A stretch of DNA of 64,000 nucleotides from Lentimicrobiaceae bacterium (lineage in GTDB: Bacteria > Bacteroidota > Bacteroidia > Bacteroidales > UBA4417): assembly GCA_028697555.1 (NCBI GenBank), contig JAQVEX010000002.1, positions 11,677 through 75,676 on the forward strand, read 5' to 3'. The stretch's first letter is position 1; every line of letters starts with the position of its first letter. A program made the position numbers and the translations under genes. The notes beneath the pieces were generated by a model. That model ran no database searches, was not told where the DNA came from, and saw nothing but the letters and a program-made list of their open reading frames with translations. Below are positions 28,477 through 38,056 of the stretch, piece after piece.

Positions 28477-28527
28477 ATCAAGATATGATAAGCGATGAAT
28501 GACCTTTGGAGTTAGATTTGCTTTAAA
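28477..28527 (+). repeat. Direct repeat copy B (decayed duplicate of the sufT 3' end)
   Basis: 46/51 identical to 27336-27386. Would read ..QDMISDE-stop. Confidence 0.9.
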
Positions 28528-28644
28528 AACAGTTTTTTCTTCTTTGCAAAGCCCACTAATTATTTATCAGGCTCTCAATCCCTTATAAAATAAGGGGAAA
28601 ATAAAAAATATGCAAAAAAGCTTGACTTCGGCTTCAAATTGTAT

Positions 28645-28652
28645 TACCTTTG
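28645..28652 (+). promoter_or_regulatory. Bacteroidota -7 promoter box (TACCTTTG) for queA
   Basis: TAnnTTTG match 33 nt upstream of the ATG. Confidence 0.45.
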
Positions 28653-28684
28653 CACACTTCTTTTAAAAAATAAAAAACTAATAT

Positions 28685-29740
28685 ATGAAACTTTCGCAAT
28701 TTCGTTACCATTTACCAACAGAACTTATAGCAAAATATCCTACAACCCACCGCGACGACTCAAGACTTATGGTCGTTGATAGAGCAACCAAAACCATAGA
28801 ACACAAGTTGTTCAAAGACATTATAAACTACTTCGACGAAGGAGATTGCTTGATAATGAACAATACCAAAGTGTTTCCGGCGTTGCTTGTAGGCGAAAAG
28901 GAAAAAACTGGAGCTCAAATTACTGTGTTTTTACTTCGTGAGTTGAAAAGAGAAAGCCGTTTGTGGGACGTACTCGTCGATCCTGCTCGCAAAATCAGAA
29001 TAGGAAATAAATTGTTTTTTGGCGAAAACGATGTGCTGATGGCTGAGGTAATTGATAATACTACATCCAGAGGCAGAATCCTACGTTTTTTATTTGATGG
29101 AACCGACGAGGAATTTAAAAGCTTGATAGACAGCTTGGGCAGAACACCTTTGCCAATCGAGTTGCAAAGACTCAGAGACATTGAAGATGAAGATAAAGAA
29201 CGCTACCAAACACTGATTGCAAAACACGAAGGAGCTGTTGCTGCTCCATACGCCGGACTGCATTTTAGTCGTGAATTATTAAAACGTTTTGAGATAAAAG
29301 GTGTTGATGTTGCCGAAATTACTCTTCATTCGGGCTTAGGAAATTTCCGACCAATTGATGTTGAAGATTTGACAAAGTTTAAAATGGACTCGGAAGAGCT
29401 GATTATTGAACAAGACACTTGCGATACCGTAAACAAGGCAATTGAAAACGGTAAAAAGGTTTGTGTTGTTGGCGTTACATCACTAAAAGCTGTAGAATCA
29501 TCGCATACGATAGACGGCTTTTTGAAACCCGGACATCAGTGGACGAATAAATTTATATTTCCACCTTACGATATTACCGTACCTACAACAATGGTAACTA
29601 ACTTCCATTTGCCACAATCAATAATGATGATGACTACCAGTGCTTTTGCGGGCTATAATTTACTAATGACTGCATACAAAGAAGCCGTTCAGCAGAAATA
29701 CAGATTTTTTGCCTACGGCGATGCAATGCTTATTTTGTAA
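28685..29740 (+). CDS. queA: S-adenosylmethionine:tRNA ribosyltransferase-isomerase
   Basis: 351 aa with N-terminal MKLSQF.Y.LP.ELIA..P. Conserved QueA along its full length. Confidence 0.93.
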   Translation: MKLSQFRYHLPTELIAKYPTTHRDDSRLMVVDRATKTIEHKLFKDIINYFDEGDCLIMNNTKVFPALLVGEKEKTGAQITVFLLRELKRESRLWDVLVDPARKIRIGNKLFFGENDVLMAEVIDNTTSRGRILRFLFDGTDEEFKSLIDSLGRTPLPIELQRLRDIEDEDKERYQTLIAKHEGAVAAPYAGLHFSRELLKRFEIKGVDVAEITLHSGLGNFRPIDVEDLTKFKMDSEELIIEQDTCDTVNKAIENGKKVCVVGVTSLKAVESSHTIDGFLKPGHQWTNKFIFPPYDITVPTTMVTNFHLPQSIMMMTTSAFAGYNLLMTAYKEAVQQKYRFFAYGDAMLIL

Positions 29741-29746
29741 TATCTA

Positions 29747-30412
29747 ATGGAATTATATACCGCAATTGTATTAGCTTCGGGCGATGGCACAAGGTTTGGC
29801 GATAAACCCAAGCAGTTTGCAATGTTTATAGATAAACCATTGTTGCTGCATTCTATCGATGTGTTTTTGTCAGATGAAAATTGCGATAAAGTAGTTTTAG
29901 CCTTATCGGAAAAATTATTACCCCTTTGGAAAGAAATAGTAGCTAAAAATCCTGAATATTCCGCAGTAAATGTAACAATAGGCGGCGACACCCGATTTAT
30001 GTCGGTAAAAAACTCCATAGCTCTTGATATTAACACCGAGTACATTGCAGTGCACGATGCGGCTCGTCCTATAATCACAAAACCATGGCTTAAAGATATT
30101 TTTTCGCATGCAGTAAAAAACAAATCGGCTGTGCCGGTTGTTGATTTGGTTTATTCGATTAGAGCCGTAAAAAACAATACTTCGGAAGCTGTAAACAGAA
30201 GCGATTACAAAATAGTACAAACTCCGCAGTTTTTTCAGACAAGTATTTTAAAAAAGGCTTACCAACAACCATATACCGAAAAGTTCACCGACGATGCATC
30301 GGTAGTTGAAAATGCAGGATATTCGGTATCGCTTTGCGAAGGACTGAATAGGAATATAAAAATTACGTATCCGTATGATATTGAAGTTGCTAAAGCAATT
30401 AGTGAGTGGTGA
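29747..30412 (+). CDS. ispD: 2-C-methyl-D-erythritol 4-phosphate cytidylyltransferase
   Basis: 221 aa with A.GxGxRFG and VHDAARP motifs. The last three codons and the stop codon lie inside heptamer array E3. Confidence 0.88.
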   Translation: MELYTAIVLASGDGTRFGDKPKQFAMFIDKPLLLHSIDVFLSDENCDKVVLALSEKLLPLWKEIVAKNPEYSAVNVTIGGDTRFMSVKNSIALDINTEYIAVHDAARPIITKPWLKDIFSHAVKNKSAVPVVDLVYSIRAVKNNTSEAVNRSDYKIVQTPQFFQTSILKKAYQQPYTEKFTDDASVVENAGYSVSLCEGLNRNIKITYPYDIEVAKAISEW

Positions 30413-30555
30413 GTGGTGAGTGGTGAGTGGTGCGACATTTTCGGTCATTGAGTGCCGATGTTGAGCGAAGCGAAATATCGGTGTATCGAAATGCCGAAAA
30501 TGGAGAGTAAGATGAGGTTGCGGGTTACGAGTTACGGGTTTCGAGTATCCGCGAA
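30402..30555. repeat. Heptamer/core mosaic element E3
   Basis: GTGAGTG x4 plus GTGCGAC at 30402-30436. Structured core at 30437-30506 with the inverted repeat CATTTTCGG/CCGAAAATG. Seven in-phase 7-mers at 30507-30555 (GTAAGAT GAGGTTG CGGGTTA CGAGTTA CGGGTTT CGAGTAT CCGCGAA). Confidence 0.9.
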
Positions 30556-30793
30556 TTTGTTATCTTATTCAATATTTCTATAACACATACTTTGTAAAAG
30601 ATTAGGCAATGTTGTTTAAAAAAGCAGCATTAATTCATCATAAACAGAGAGTTGAAAAACAGAATACTTTATTCATTAGTGAAATAAAATATAAAAACTT
30701 TTCTATAATAAAATGCATATTTGTTATTTATGGTGTGCTTTTTGTGCAAAAAAAGTTAAGTGAATTATATATTAACAAAAAAATAGAATAGGT

Positions 30794-31492
30794 ATGAAAA
30801 AATTGGTTTTATTAACAACGATTATTGCGTTACTTTTTACAGGTTGTAAAAAGGATAACGGCACGGAACAGCAAAATACTAAATGTGATTTTGTAGGTTT
30901 TATGTATTATTATGGTGAGCAATATGATTTAGGAGAAATGCAGAATGATTATATTTTGCTTGGTATTGACAGAAAATACAGCGACGAGCAAATTAGAAGT
31001 TTTATTTCAACTGTGAAGCAATTTGACCAGAACTACGAGTATATAATCTACGACCAACAGCATTTCGATGCCAAAGAAATTCCTATAAAGCTTAGGACTG
31101 CTCAAACTTGCGAACAAATTACCCAACTAATTTCCTACTTGAAACGAAACCCGATAATATTGTATGCTCATTATACTATGAAGACAGACGATTGTACAAA
31201 CATGATTTTTGAGAAGATGGGAGATTTATGTGTAAATAGCTACACAAACAATTTTTATGTTTCAGTGTTTGACGAAAACGATTTAACTGCTTTAAACCAA
31301 ACAATTGAAGAAACAAATACTGAATTGGTAAGACAAAATGGTTCTAGACTTACCCTGTTTACTGTAAGAGCTACCAAAAACTCTAAAGGAGATGCTTTAA
31401 AAATGGCAAACTATTTTCAAGAAACAGGTCTATTTGAATATGCCTACCCTCAAAGTGTCAAATATCCTGTTGAATTTGAAATAGAAAAATAA
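30794..31492 (+). CDS. Hypothetical lipoprotein
   Basis: 232 aa with a lipobox (LLFTGC). No family recognised. Confidence 0.5.
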   Translation: MKKLVLLTTIIALLFTGCKKDNGTEQQNTKCDFVGFMYYYGEQYDLGEMQNDYILLGIDRKYSDEQIRSFISTVKQFDQNYEYIIYDQQHFDAKEIPIKLRTAQTCEQITQLISYLKRNPIILYAHYTMKTDDCTNMIFEKMGDLCVNSYTNNFYVSVFDENDLTALNQTIEETNTELVRQNGSRLTLFTVRATKNSKGDALKMANYFQETGLFEYAYPQSVKYPVEFEIEK

Positions 31493-31520
31493 GTGCTAAA
31501 AATCTTGCCAAAATACTTTT

Positions 31521-32711
31521 ATGAAATTTTTGCAAGCCGATATTATTTTCCCTGTCTCGTCGGAACCAATTACCAATAGCGTTTTGGTAATTGATGATAG
31601 GAACGTTGTTGTAGATATTGTTAGTGCCGACAAAATCGGTTTGCGTGATGATGTAATTTATTACAAAGGGGCGCTTTGTCCGGGTTTTGTTAATACGCAT
31701 TGTCATTCGGAACTAAGTTGGGCTAAGGGTTTAATTCCTGCCAAAACCGGATTGGATTCTTTTATTAAAAATTTGGAAAAGGCTAAGACTGAAATTAGTA
31801 ACAGTACGAAAATTGAAAAAATATCGTCGGAATTAGATTTGGCATACAAAAGCGGAACCGTTGCTATGATTGATATTTGCAATACCGACATAAGCATTTC
31901 TCCAAAATTAAAAAGTAATATTTTGTTTTACAATCTTATTGAGTTGTACGGTTCTGAAAGTGAGCATGCTGATAAAATTTTCGCCGAAGGACTTAGTTTG
32001 AAAAACAAATTCCAATCGAACCAATTAATTTCTGAAATTACCGCTCACGCACCTTATTCGGTGTCGTTGGAGTTGATGCAAAAAATTAGCGATAACAATA
32101 AATCTCTGCAAAGTATTCATCTGTTGGAAAACGACGACGAAAACGAACTTTTTATAAAAGGAACGGGAACAATCGTAGAAAGGCGAAAGTATTTCAATCC
32201 GAATTACGCAGGTTGCGATGCTACCGGAAAACGTTCTTTACAAAGCGTATCCGGCAATATGAGCAGAGATGTAAGCACATTGTTTGTCCACAATACTGTG
32301 GCTTTGGAAGAAGATATTGACTTTGCACTTCAAAATTTCAGCGATTTGTATTGGGCGTTTTGTCCGAATTCAAATTTGCACATAGAAAATAAGCTTCCCA
32401 ACGTTCCATTATTCGTCGACAAAAATACCAAAAACACTATTGGTACCGATAGTTTGGCTTCTAATACGGAACTAAATATGCTATCGGAAATTATGACCTT
32501 TATGAATAATTTTCCGCAGTTGAAATTTAATCAACTATTACGTTGGGCAACCTTAAACGGAGCGGAGTTGATAAAATTTGACAAGATGTTAGGTAGTATC
32601 GAAGTTGGGAAAGCTCCCGGAATTGTAAATATTCCGAATTTTGATGTTGAAAAAGGAGTTCCGACGAACAGCAAGTGCAGTTTGGTATGTGCCGCTAATA
32701 GCTATTTGTAA
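31521..32711 (+). CDS. Amidohydrolase-superfamily metal-dependent hydrolase (chlorohydrolase/deaminase-like)
   Basis: 396 aa with the HxH metal motif (VNTHCHSELS) and a later conserved H and D (HNT, GTDS). Confidence 0.6.
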   Translation: MKFLQADIIFPVSSEPITNSVLVIDDRNVVVDIVSADKIGLRDDVIYYKGALCPGFVNTHCHSELSWAKGLIPAKTGLDSFIKNLEKAKTEISNSTKIEKISSELDLAYKSGTVAMIDICNTDISISPKLKSNILFYNLIELYGSESEHADKIFAEGLSLKNKFQSNQLISEITAHAPYSVSLELMQKISDNNKSLQSIHLLENDDENELFIKGTGTIVERRKYFNPNYAGCDATGKRSLQSVSGNMSRDVSTLFVHNTVALEEDIDFALQNFSDLYWAFCPNSNLHIENKLPNVPLFVDKNTKNTIGTDSLASNTELNMLSEIMTFMNNFPQLKFNQLLRWATLNGAELIKFDKMLGSIEVGKAPGIVNIPNFDVEKGVPTNSKCSLVCAANSYL

Positions 32712-32716
32712 TTTAA

Positions 32717-35692
32717 TTAGTCGCCTATAGATAGCTGAATATCGGAAATTTCCACTTTGCCACCTTCGGAAAAAATAATTATCCAATTATTGTCTTCGCG
32801 TTGCCATTTGGTCTGGGCGCTAACTCCGATAAGGTATTCGCTATATTCGCCCGGTTTAATATCTCTAATAACAAAACCGCCGTTTTTAATGCCGTCTTTA
32901 CCGTAATTTATAAAAATGTTTGGGTTGCTGTTATCGGCTGCCTTTGCCTTAATTATGAGATAGTTGTTTTTGCGAAGTCGGAATTCTACAACATTGAAAT
33001 CAAATTTATGTTCATCTCCAACATTAACAACAATATTCTGATTAGCAATGTTAATAATTGCGTGGTCGGCTAAGTATTTTCTAATCTTTGCAATTTGATT
33101 TTGCGGATACTTGTCGGTAGGTACAATCAATATTGCACTTTCGTAAGCTTCTATTGCTTGGTCGTAAATTTTGTTTTTGTACAAATTGTCGGCTTTGGCA
33201 ATGGCTGCGTTAAACTCTTCCGAACGTTGAGCTTTAATTTTTTCTAACAATGTATTTATTTTCGAAATTTGCTGATTAGGATAGCTTTCCGATGGCTTGA
33301 CTTCCAAAGCTTTATTATAATAGTTTATGGCTTCGTCATAATCTTCTATCTGCATAAGCCCGTCGGCTGTGCTGATGAGTGCATTGTACTTATTGTTAAT
33401 TTCGTCGATGATAGCCTGTTTTTTAGCTTTTATGTCGTTTATTTGTTTTTTCGGATATTCTTCTTTTGGTTTAAGTTCGGAGGCTGACTCGTATTTTTCA
33501 ATAGCTAGGTCGTAGTCTTTGTTTTCAAAAGCCAAATCGCCGGCTTCTATAAACAAATTGTAATTTTTATCAATATCGGCGATGATGGTATTGATTTCTT
33601 CGATTCTATCGCTTGCAAACTTATCTTTAGGCTTGTATTCTAATGCTTTGTTGTATGCAGCAATAGCTTGCGAGTACTGCTTTTGTTCAAACAAAGAGTT
33701 AGCTTCCGAAATATTCTGATTGTAAGCCTTGTTTTTAGCTTCAATATCGCTTAATATTTTTTCGGTTTCAGAAATTCTACCAATAACATATTCATCGTTG
33801 CTGTTAAGTTTGTTCAGGTTTTTGTAGCCGGTTAGAGCTTCGCTATACATTTTGTTTTCAAAATTTTTATCAGCTTCGGATAGAATGCTGTTATATTCTT
33901 TCTCTCTATTTTCTATATCCTTAATAATTTGGTTTATTTCGGCAATTTTACTATTAGGGTAAGTTTCGTCAGGCTTGATAGTTAGCGCTCTGTAGTAGGG
34001 TTCTAATGCTTCGTGATATTTTTCATTGTTGAAAAAATTGTCAGCCAAACTGATAGCTTCGTTGTACAGTCTGTCGTTTTCTGCGTTTTTATTAATAATT
34101 GCTTGTAGTGTCGAGATTTTTTCTTTTGGATAAGTTTCGTCGGGCTTTATCTTCAAAGCTTCTTTGTACGAACTAATAGCATCTTCAAGTTTGTTGCTTT
34201 CGGCAAAACCATCAGCGCTGGCAATTAATGAGTTGTATCGCTGAATGGCATCTTTTTGTTCGGTTATTAGTTTTTCGGCTTCAGCAATTTGTTGTTTAGG
34301 ATAGGTTTCGCCTTGCTTAATTGCCAATGCGTCTTTATATGCTACAATACTGTTTTCGTACAATTTTTTATTAAACAGCGAGTCGGCTTTATCTATGGCT
34401 GCAATGTATTTTAATTCCGTTTCCGCTTTTTGAGCCATAAAATCTTTTATTTCGGCTATGCGCTGAGCATGTAGTTTTTCCGAAGGTTTTATTTTGATGG
34501 CAGTAGAATATTCGGCTAAGGCTTCTTCCCATTTTTGTTTTAAGTAAAAATCGTCGGCTTTTTCAATAATTCTATTGTAATTTTCTTCAATATGTCTAGC
34601 TTCGGCAAATATTTCTTCTATTTCCGAAATTTTAATTTTAGGATATTTTTCATCGGGTTTGATTTCAGATGCTGATTTATAGCTTGTAATAGCGTTTTGA
34701 TAATCTTTCAAATCAAAGAATTTGTCGGCACTTGCGATAAAAGAAAAATATTTTTCATCAATACTTTTCTGTTCTGCTACCGCCTGATTAGCTTTTTCCA
34801 ACATCTCTTTCGGGTATACGGCATCAGGGTTAAGGTAAATGGCTTCTTTGTAAAGTAGGGCAGAGGCTTCAAAAAGTTTATTCACGTACAAACTATCGGC
34901 ATCTTTAATTGCCTTATCGTAGTTGGCTTGTATGTTTATCCTTTTGTTGATAATGTCTTCGGTTTCGGATAATTTTTGTAAAACTTCGGCATTATCGGGA
35001 AACATCTTCAACACAGCTTTATATTTATATAGAGCCAGTTCAAATTCGTTTTTTTCAAAAAGTCTGTCGCCTGCAGCCATCAAATCGTTTACTCTAACTT
35101 CATTATCTTCAACTTCATTTAGCTTAAAAATTGCATCTTCAATTATTGATTTTACGTTTCTATCGCCTGGTCTAACAATGTACGCCTTTTCGTATTCGGC
35201 AATTGCCAACTTGTATTTTTTTTCTTTCATAAGCTGGTCGCCGGAGTTAATAGCGTTCAAATAATATTGTTTATGGATTGGATTGGTATAAACTCTACCA
35301 ATAGATGTAAGCCTGTCTTTTATAAACTGAGATTCGTGATTTAGTGAAAGAGCTTGTAAAAACAGAGTTTGAGCCTGTTCGTAATAGCCGTCTAAGTAAT
35401 ATTCTTCTCCTTTTATTACAATGTTTTCAAATATGCTGTTTTTAATGTTAGGATCCTTTTCAAAAATTTCATCAACTTTGTATTTCATTTTTATTGCTTC
35501 AATAGACTCCTGATCCATTTTCAAAGCAGTTTCAAAACAATAATTTGCTTTTGCGTAATCCTTATCATTAAATGCTGCATTGCCTTGTTGCATCAGTGTA
35601 TGAAAATCAAAAGATGAATTTTCTTGTGCTAAGACAAAAGTGTTTATTAATAGCGTTGCTGTCAGTAGGCAGAATCGTTTTAAAAACTTCAT
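32717..35692 (-). CDS. Large secreted TPR-repeat protein with about 12 tandem units of roughly 57 aa and a beta-rich C-terminal domain
   Basis: 991 aa with a signal peptide. Recurrent unit: Y...I..AD..F....Y..AI..Y..AL.IKPDE.YPK..I. Confidence 0.7.
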   Translation of the reverse strand: MKFLKRFCLLTATLLINTFVLAQENSSFDFHTLMQQGNAAFNDKDYAKANYCFETALKMDQESIEAIKMKYKVDEIFEKDPNIKNSIFENIVIKGEEYYLDGYYEQAQTLFLQALSLNHESQFIKDRLTSIGRVYTNPIHKQYYLNAINSGDQLMKEKKYKLAIAEYEKAYIVRPGDRNVKSIIEDAIFKLNEVEDNEVRVNDLMAAGDRLFEKNEFELALYKYKAVLKMFPDNAEVLQKLSETEDIINKRINIQANYDKAIKDADSLYVNKLFEASALLYKEAIYLNPDAVYPKEMLEKANQAVAEQKSIDEKYFSFIASADKFFDLKDYQNAITSYKSASEIKPDEKYPKIKISEIEEIFAEARHIEENYNRIIEKADDFYLKQKWEEALAEYSTAIKIKPSEKLHAQRIAEIKDFMAQKAETELKYIAAIDKADSLFNKKLYENSIVAYKDALAIKQGETYPKQQIAEAEKLITEQKDAIQRYNSLIASADGFAESNKLEDAISSYKEALKIKPDETYPKEKISTLQAIINKNAENDRLYNEAISLADNFFNNEKYHEALEPYYRALTIKPDETYPNSKIAEINQIIKDIENREKEYNSILSEADKNFENKMYSEALTGYKNLNKLNSNDEYVIGRISETEKILSDIEAKNKAYNQNISEANSLFEQKQYSQAIAAYNKALEYKPKDKFASDRIEEINTIIADIDKNYNLFIEAGDLAFENKDYDLAIEKYESASELKPKEEYPKKQINDIKAKKQAIIDEINNKYNALISTADGLMQIEDYDEAINYYNKALEVKPSESYPNQQISKINTLLEKIKAQRSEEFNAAIAKADNLYKNKIYDQAIEAYESAILIVPTDKYPQNQIAKIRKYLADHAIINIANQNIVVNVGDEHKFDFNVVEFRLRKNNYLIIKAKAADNSNPNIFINYGKDGIKNGGFVIRDIKPGEYSEYLIGVSAQTKWQREDNNWIIIFSEGGKVEISDIQLSIGD

Positions 35693-35876
35693 TTGTAAAT
35701 ATTTTTGTGCAAAAATTTTAGTTTAAGTTGTTATAAATTACATGTATAACGTAAAAAAGTTAATATTATTTGCAAATTTTATACCAATCGACAAATTATC
35801 AATAAGATTTACCGTAAAATAATACAATAAATGTCGCAAATCCATAACTAATTAAGGGTTTTGAGCTAATAATCGA

Positions 35877-36551
35877 TTAAACAAAAACTCCGTCTTTCAT
35901 TACAAGAGTTCTGGAACTGATATTGCTTAAATCTTTGTTATGAGTTACTATTAAAAAGGTTTGTTTTAGCTCATCTCTGAGGTTCAAAAACAGGTTGTGC
36001 AATTCTAAAGCATTTTTTGAGTCCAAGTTTCCCGAAGGTTCGTCAGCCATAATAATTGCAGGCTTGTTAACTAGAGCTCTGGCAACTGCGACACGCTGCT
36101 GTTCGCCACCCGAAAGTTCCGAAGGCTTGTGCTCGCTTCTATCCGACAGGTTTAGCATGTTTAATAAATCGCGTGCTTGGTTTTTGGCTTCTTTTAAGGA
36201 TAATCCCTTTATAAGAGCAGGCATTGCAACGTTTTCAAGTGCGGTAAATTCGGGTAATAGGTGATGAAACTGAAAAACGAAACCTATCTTGGCGTTTCTA
36301 AATTCCGATAGCTTGTTGCCACTAAGTTTGTGGACTTCAACACCATCGACAAAAACTTCTCCTTTAGTAGGCTTGTCCAACGAACTAAGTATTTGCAACA
36401 GAGTCGTTTTGCCGGCTCCCGAAGCTCCCATAATAGTAACTATTTCTCCTGCTTGAATTTCAATATCAATGCCTTTCAGGACTTCTAAAGAGCCGTATTG
36501 CTTGTATATGCCTTTACCTTTTATCATATGTTTTTTTACAAAAGTATGCAA
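35877..36551 (-). CDS. lolD: ABC transporter ATP-binding protein, LolD/MacB-type
   Basis: Walker A GASGAGKTT, signature LSGGEQQRVA, Walker B IIMADEP. The true start may be the internal Met at 36527. Confidence 0.6.
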   Translation of the reverse strand: MHTFVKKHMIKGKGIYKQYGSLEVLKGIDIEIQAGEIVTIMGASGAGKTTLLQILSSLDKPTKGEVFVDGVEVHKLSGNKLSEFRNAKIGFVFQFHHLLPEFTALENVAMPALIKGLSLKEAKNQARDLLNMLNLSDRSEHKPSELSGGEQQRVAVARALVNKPAIIMADEPSGNLDSKNALELHNLFLNLRDELKQTFLIVTHNKDLSNISSRTLVMKDGVFV

Positions 36552-36626
36552 TTATTTACAAATCGTTATTAATGAGTTTGCGTTGATAATATTTTTTTGA
36601 TAGTGTTTTTATAATTAAATTTATTA

Positions 36627-36634
36627 TAGATTTG
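36627..36634 (+). promoter_or_regulatory. Possible -7 promoter box (TAGATTTG) upstream of sucC
   Basis: TAnnTTTG match, but 156 nt upstream of the ATG. Confidence 0.3.
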
Positions 36635-36789
36635 CAAAAAATATATCTTGTTGTGGTGTTAGAATAGATATAAATTTAAAAAAATACTTAATGGCTATTT
36701 TAAACAAACAACAGTGGTAAGTACAATTGTTATATTGAAATACGTATAGTTGTTGGCATTATTAATCATTTTAAAAATATAAATCGCAA

Positions 36790-37980
36790 ATGAATTTACA
36801 CGAATATCAGGCAAAAGAAATATTAGCATCCTATAATGTTGATATTCCTATAGGAATAGTAGCTCACAACGTTAGCGAAGCCATTGAAGCTGCAAAGCAA
36901 ATAAAAAAAGAAACCAACTCCGATTTTTGCGTTATAAAAGCGCAAATACATGCCGGCGGACGCGGAAAAGGCGGCGGCGTTAAACTTGCAAAATCTTTGA
37001 AAGATGTTGAAGAAATAGCATCGCAAATACTTGGTATGACTTTAGTTACACCACAAACTGGACCCAAAGGCAAACTTGTAAGAAAAGTTTTGGTGCAGCA
37101 AGATGTTTACTACCCGGGTAACTCGCCAACTCAAGAGTTTTACGTTAGTTTGCTTTTAAACAGAGCCGAAAATAAAATAATGATCATGTATTCGCCCGAC
37201 GGAGGTATGGATATTGAAGCCGTTGCCGAAAAAACTCCCGAGCGTATATTTATTGAACTAATTGAGCCAAGTATAGGTTTGCAAACGCATCAATGTAGGA
37301 AGGTGGCTTTTAACTTGGGGTTGAGCGGATTGGCTTTCAAAAACATGGTAAAGTTTGTTCAAAACTTGTACAATGCCTACATTGGAGCCGATTTTTCGCT
37401 GTTGGAGATAAATCCTGTGCTTAAAACCAGCGACGACAAAATTTTAGCAGTTGATAGTAAGGTTAAAATAGATGATAACGCTATGTATAGGCATCCGGAT
37501 TTTGTTGAGCTCAGAGATATACACGAAGAAGATCCTGCCGAAGTTGAAGCCGGAAAACACGACCTTAACTACGTTAAATTAGATGGCAACGTTGGCTGTA
37601 TGGTAAATGGAGCCGGACTTGCAATGGCAACAATGGATATAATAAAACTTAGCGGTGGTGAACCTGCTAACTTTTTAGACGTTGGAGGCTCGGCAAATGC
37701 CGAAAGAGTTGAGCAAGCGTTCAGAATTATTTTGAACGACAAGTCGGTGAAGGCTATTTTGGTTAATATTTTTGGAGGGATTGTCCGTTGCGACAGAGTT
37801 GCACAGGGTATTGTAGATGCGTACAAAAACATAGGAAATATTGAAGTTCCAATTATTGTGCGTTTGCAAGGAACCAACGCAACTGAAGGCAAGGAAATGA
37901 TTAAAAATTCGGGGCTCAACGTACTGCCGGCTATAGAATTGCAAGAGGCAGCCGATTTAATTAATCAGGTGCTGAAGTAG
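36790..37980 (+). CDS. sucC: Succinate--CoA ligase (ADP-forming) beta subunit
   Basis: 396 aa with N-terminal MNLHEYQAKE, an ATP-grasp domain and a C-terminal ligase-CoA domain. Confidence 0.93.
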   Translation: MNLHEYQAKEILASYNVDIPIGIVAHNVSEAIEAAKQIKKETNSDFCVIKAQIHAGGRGKGGGVKLAKSLKDVEEIASQILGMTLVTPQTGPKGKLVRKVLVQQDVYYPGNSPTQEFYVSLLLNRAENKIMIMYSPDGGMDIEAVAEKTPERIFIELIEPSIGLQTHQCRKVAFNLGLSGLAFKNMVKFVQNLYNAYIGADFSLLEINPVLKTSDDKILAVDSKVKIDDNAMYRHPDFVELRDIHEEDPAEVEAGKHDLNYVKLDGNVGCMVNGAGLAMATMDIIKLSGGEPANFLDVGGSANAERVEQAFRIILNDKSVKAILVNIFGGIVRCDRVAQGIVDAYKNIGNIEVPIIVRLQGTNATEGKEMIKNSGLNVLPAIELQEAADLINQVLK

Positions 37981-38041
37981 GGAAATATCTCAAAAAAATC
38001 AAATTTTCTTACAATTTTTTATTTCATAATTAACAAAAAAT

Positions 38042-38049
38042 TACTTTTG
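38042..38049 (+). promoter_or_regulatory. Bacteroidota -7 promoter box (TACTTTTG) only 7 nt before the antiporter ATG
   Basis: TAnnTTTG match. The spacing implies a leaderless or near-leaderless mRNA. Confidence 0.4.
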
Positions 38050-38056
38050 CAAAATT

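Noticed and set aside
28560-28600. Hairpin CCCTTAT-AAA-ATAAGGG upstream of queA as a terminator or riboswitch fragment
   Set aside because: The AT-rich stem is only 7 bp long, with no U tract in the appropriate orientation and no conserved riboswitch motif that I can recognise.
30609-30791. 60-aa ORF just upstream of the lipoprotein gene at 30794
   Set aside because: It has AT-rich, low-complexity, Lys-rich composition, no recognisable motif and no promoter box. It could be a small membrane peptide, but there is no support from sequence alone.
36790-37980. sucC without an adjacent sucD as a sign of rearrangement or pseudogenisation
   Set aside because: sucC is full length with intact motifs. 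Separation of sucC and sucD appears to be usual in Bacteroidota (from memory), so this is not anomalous.
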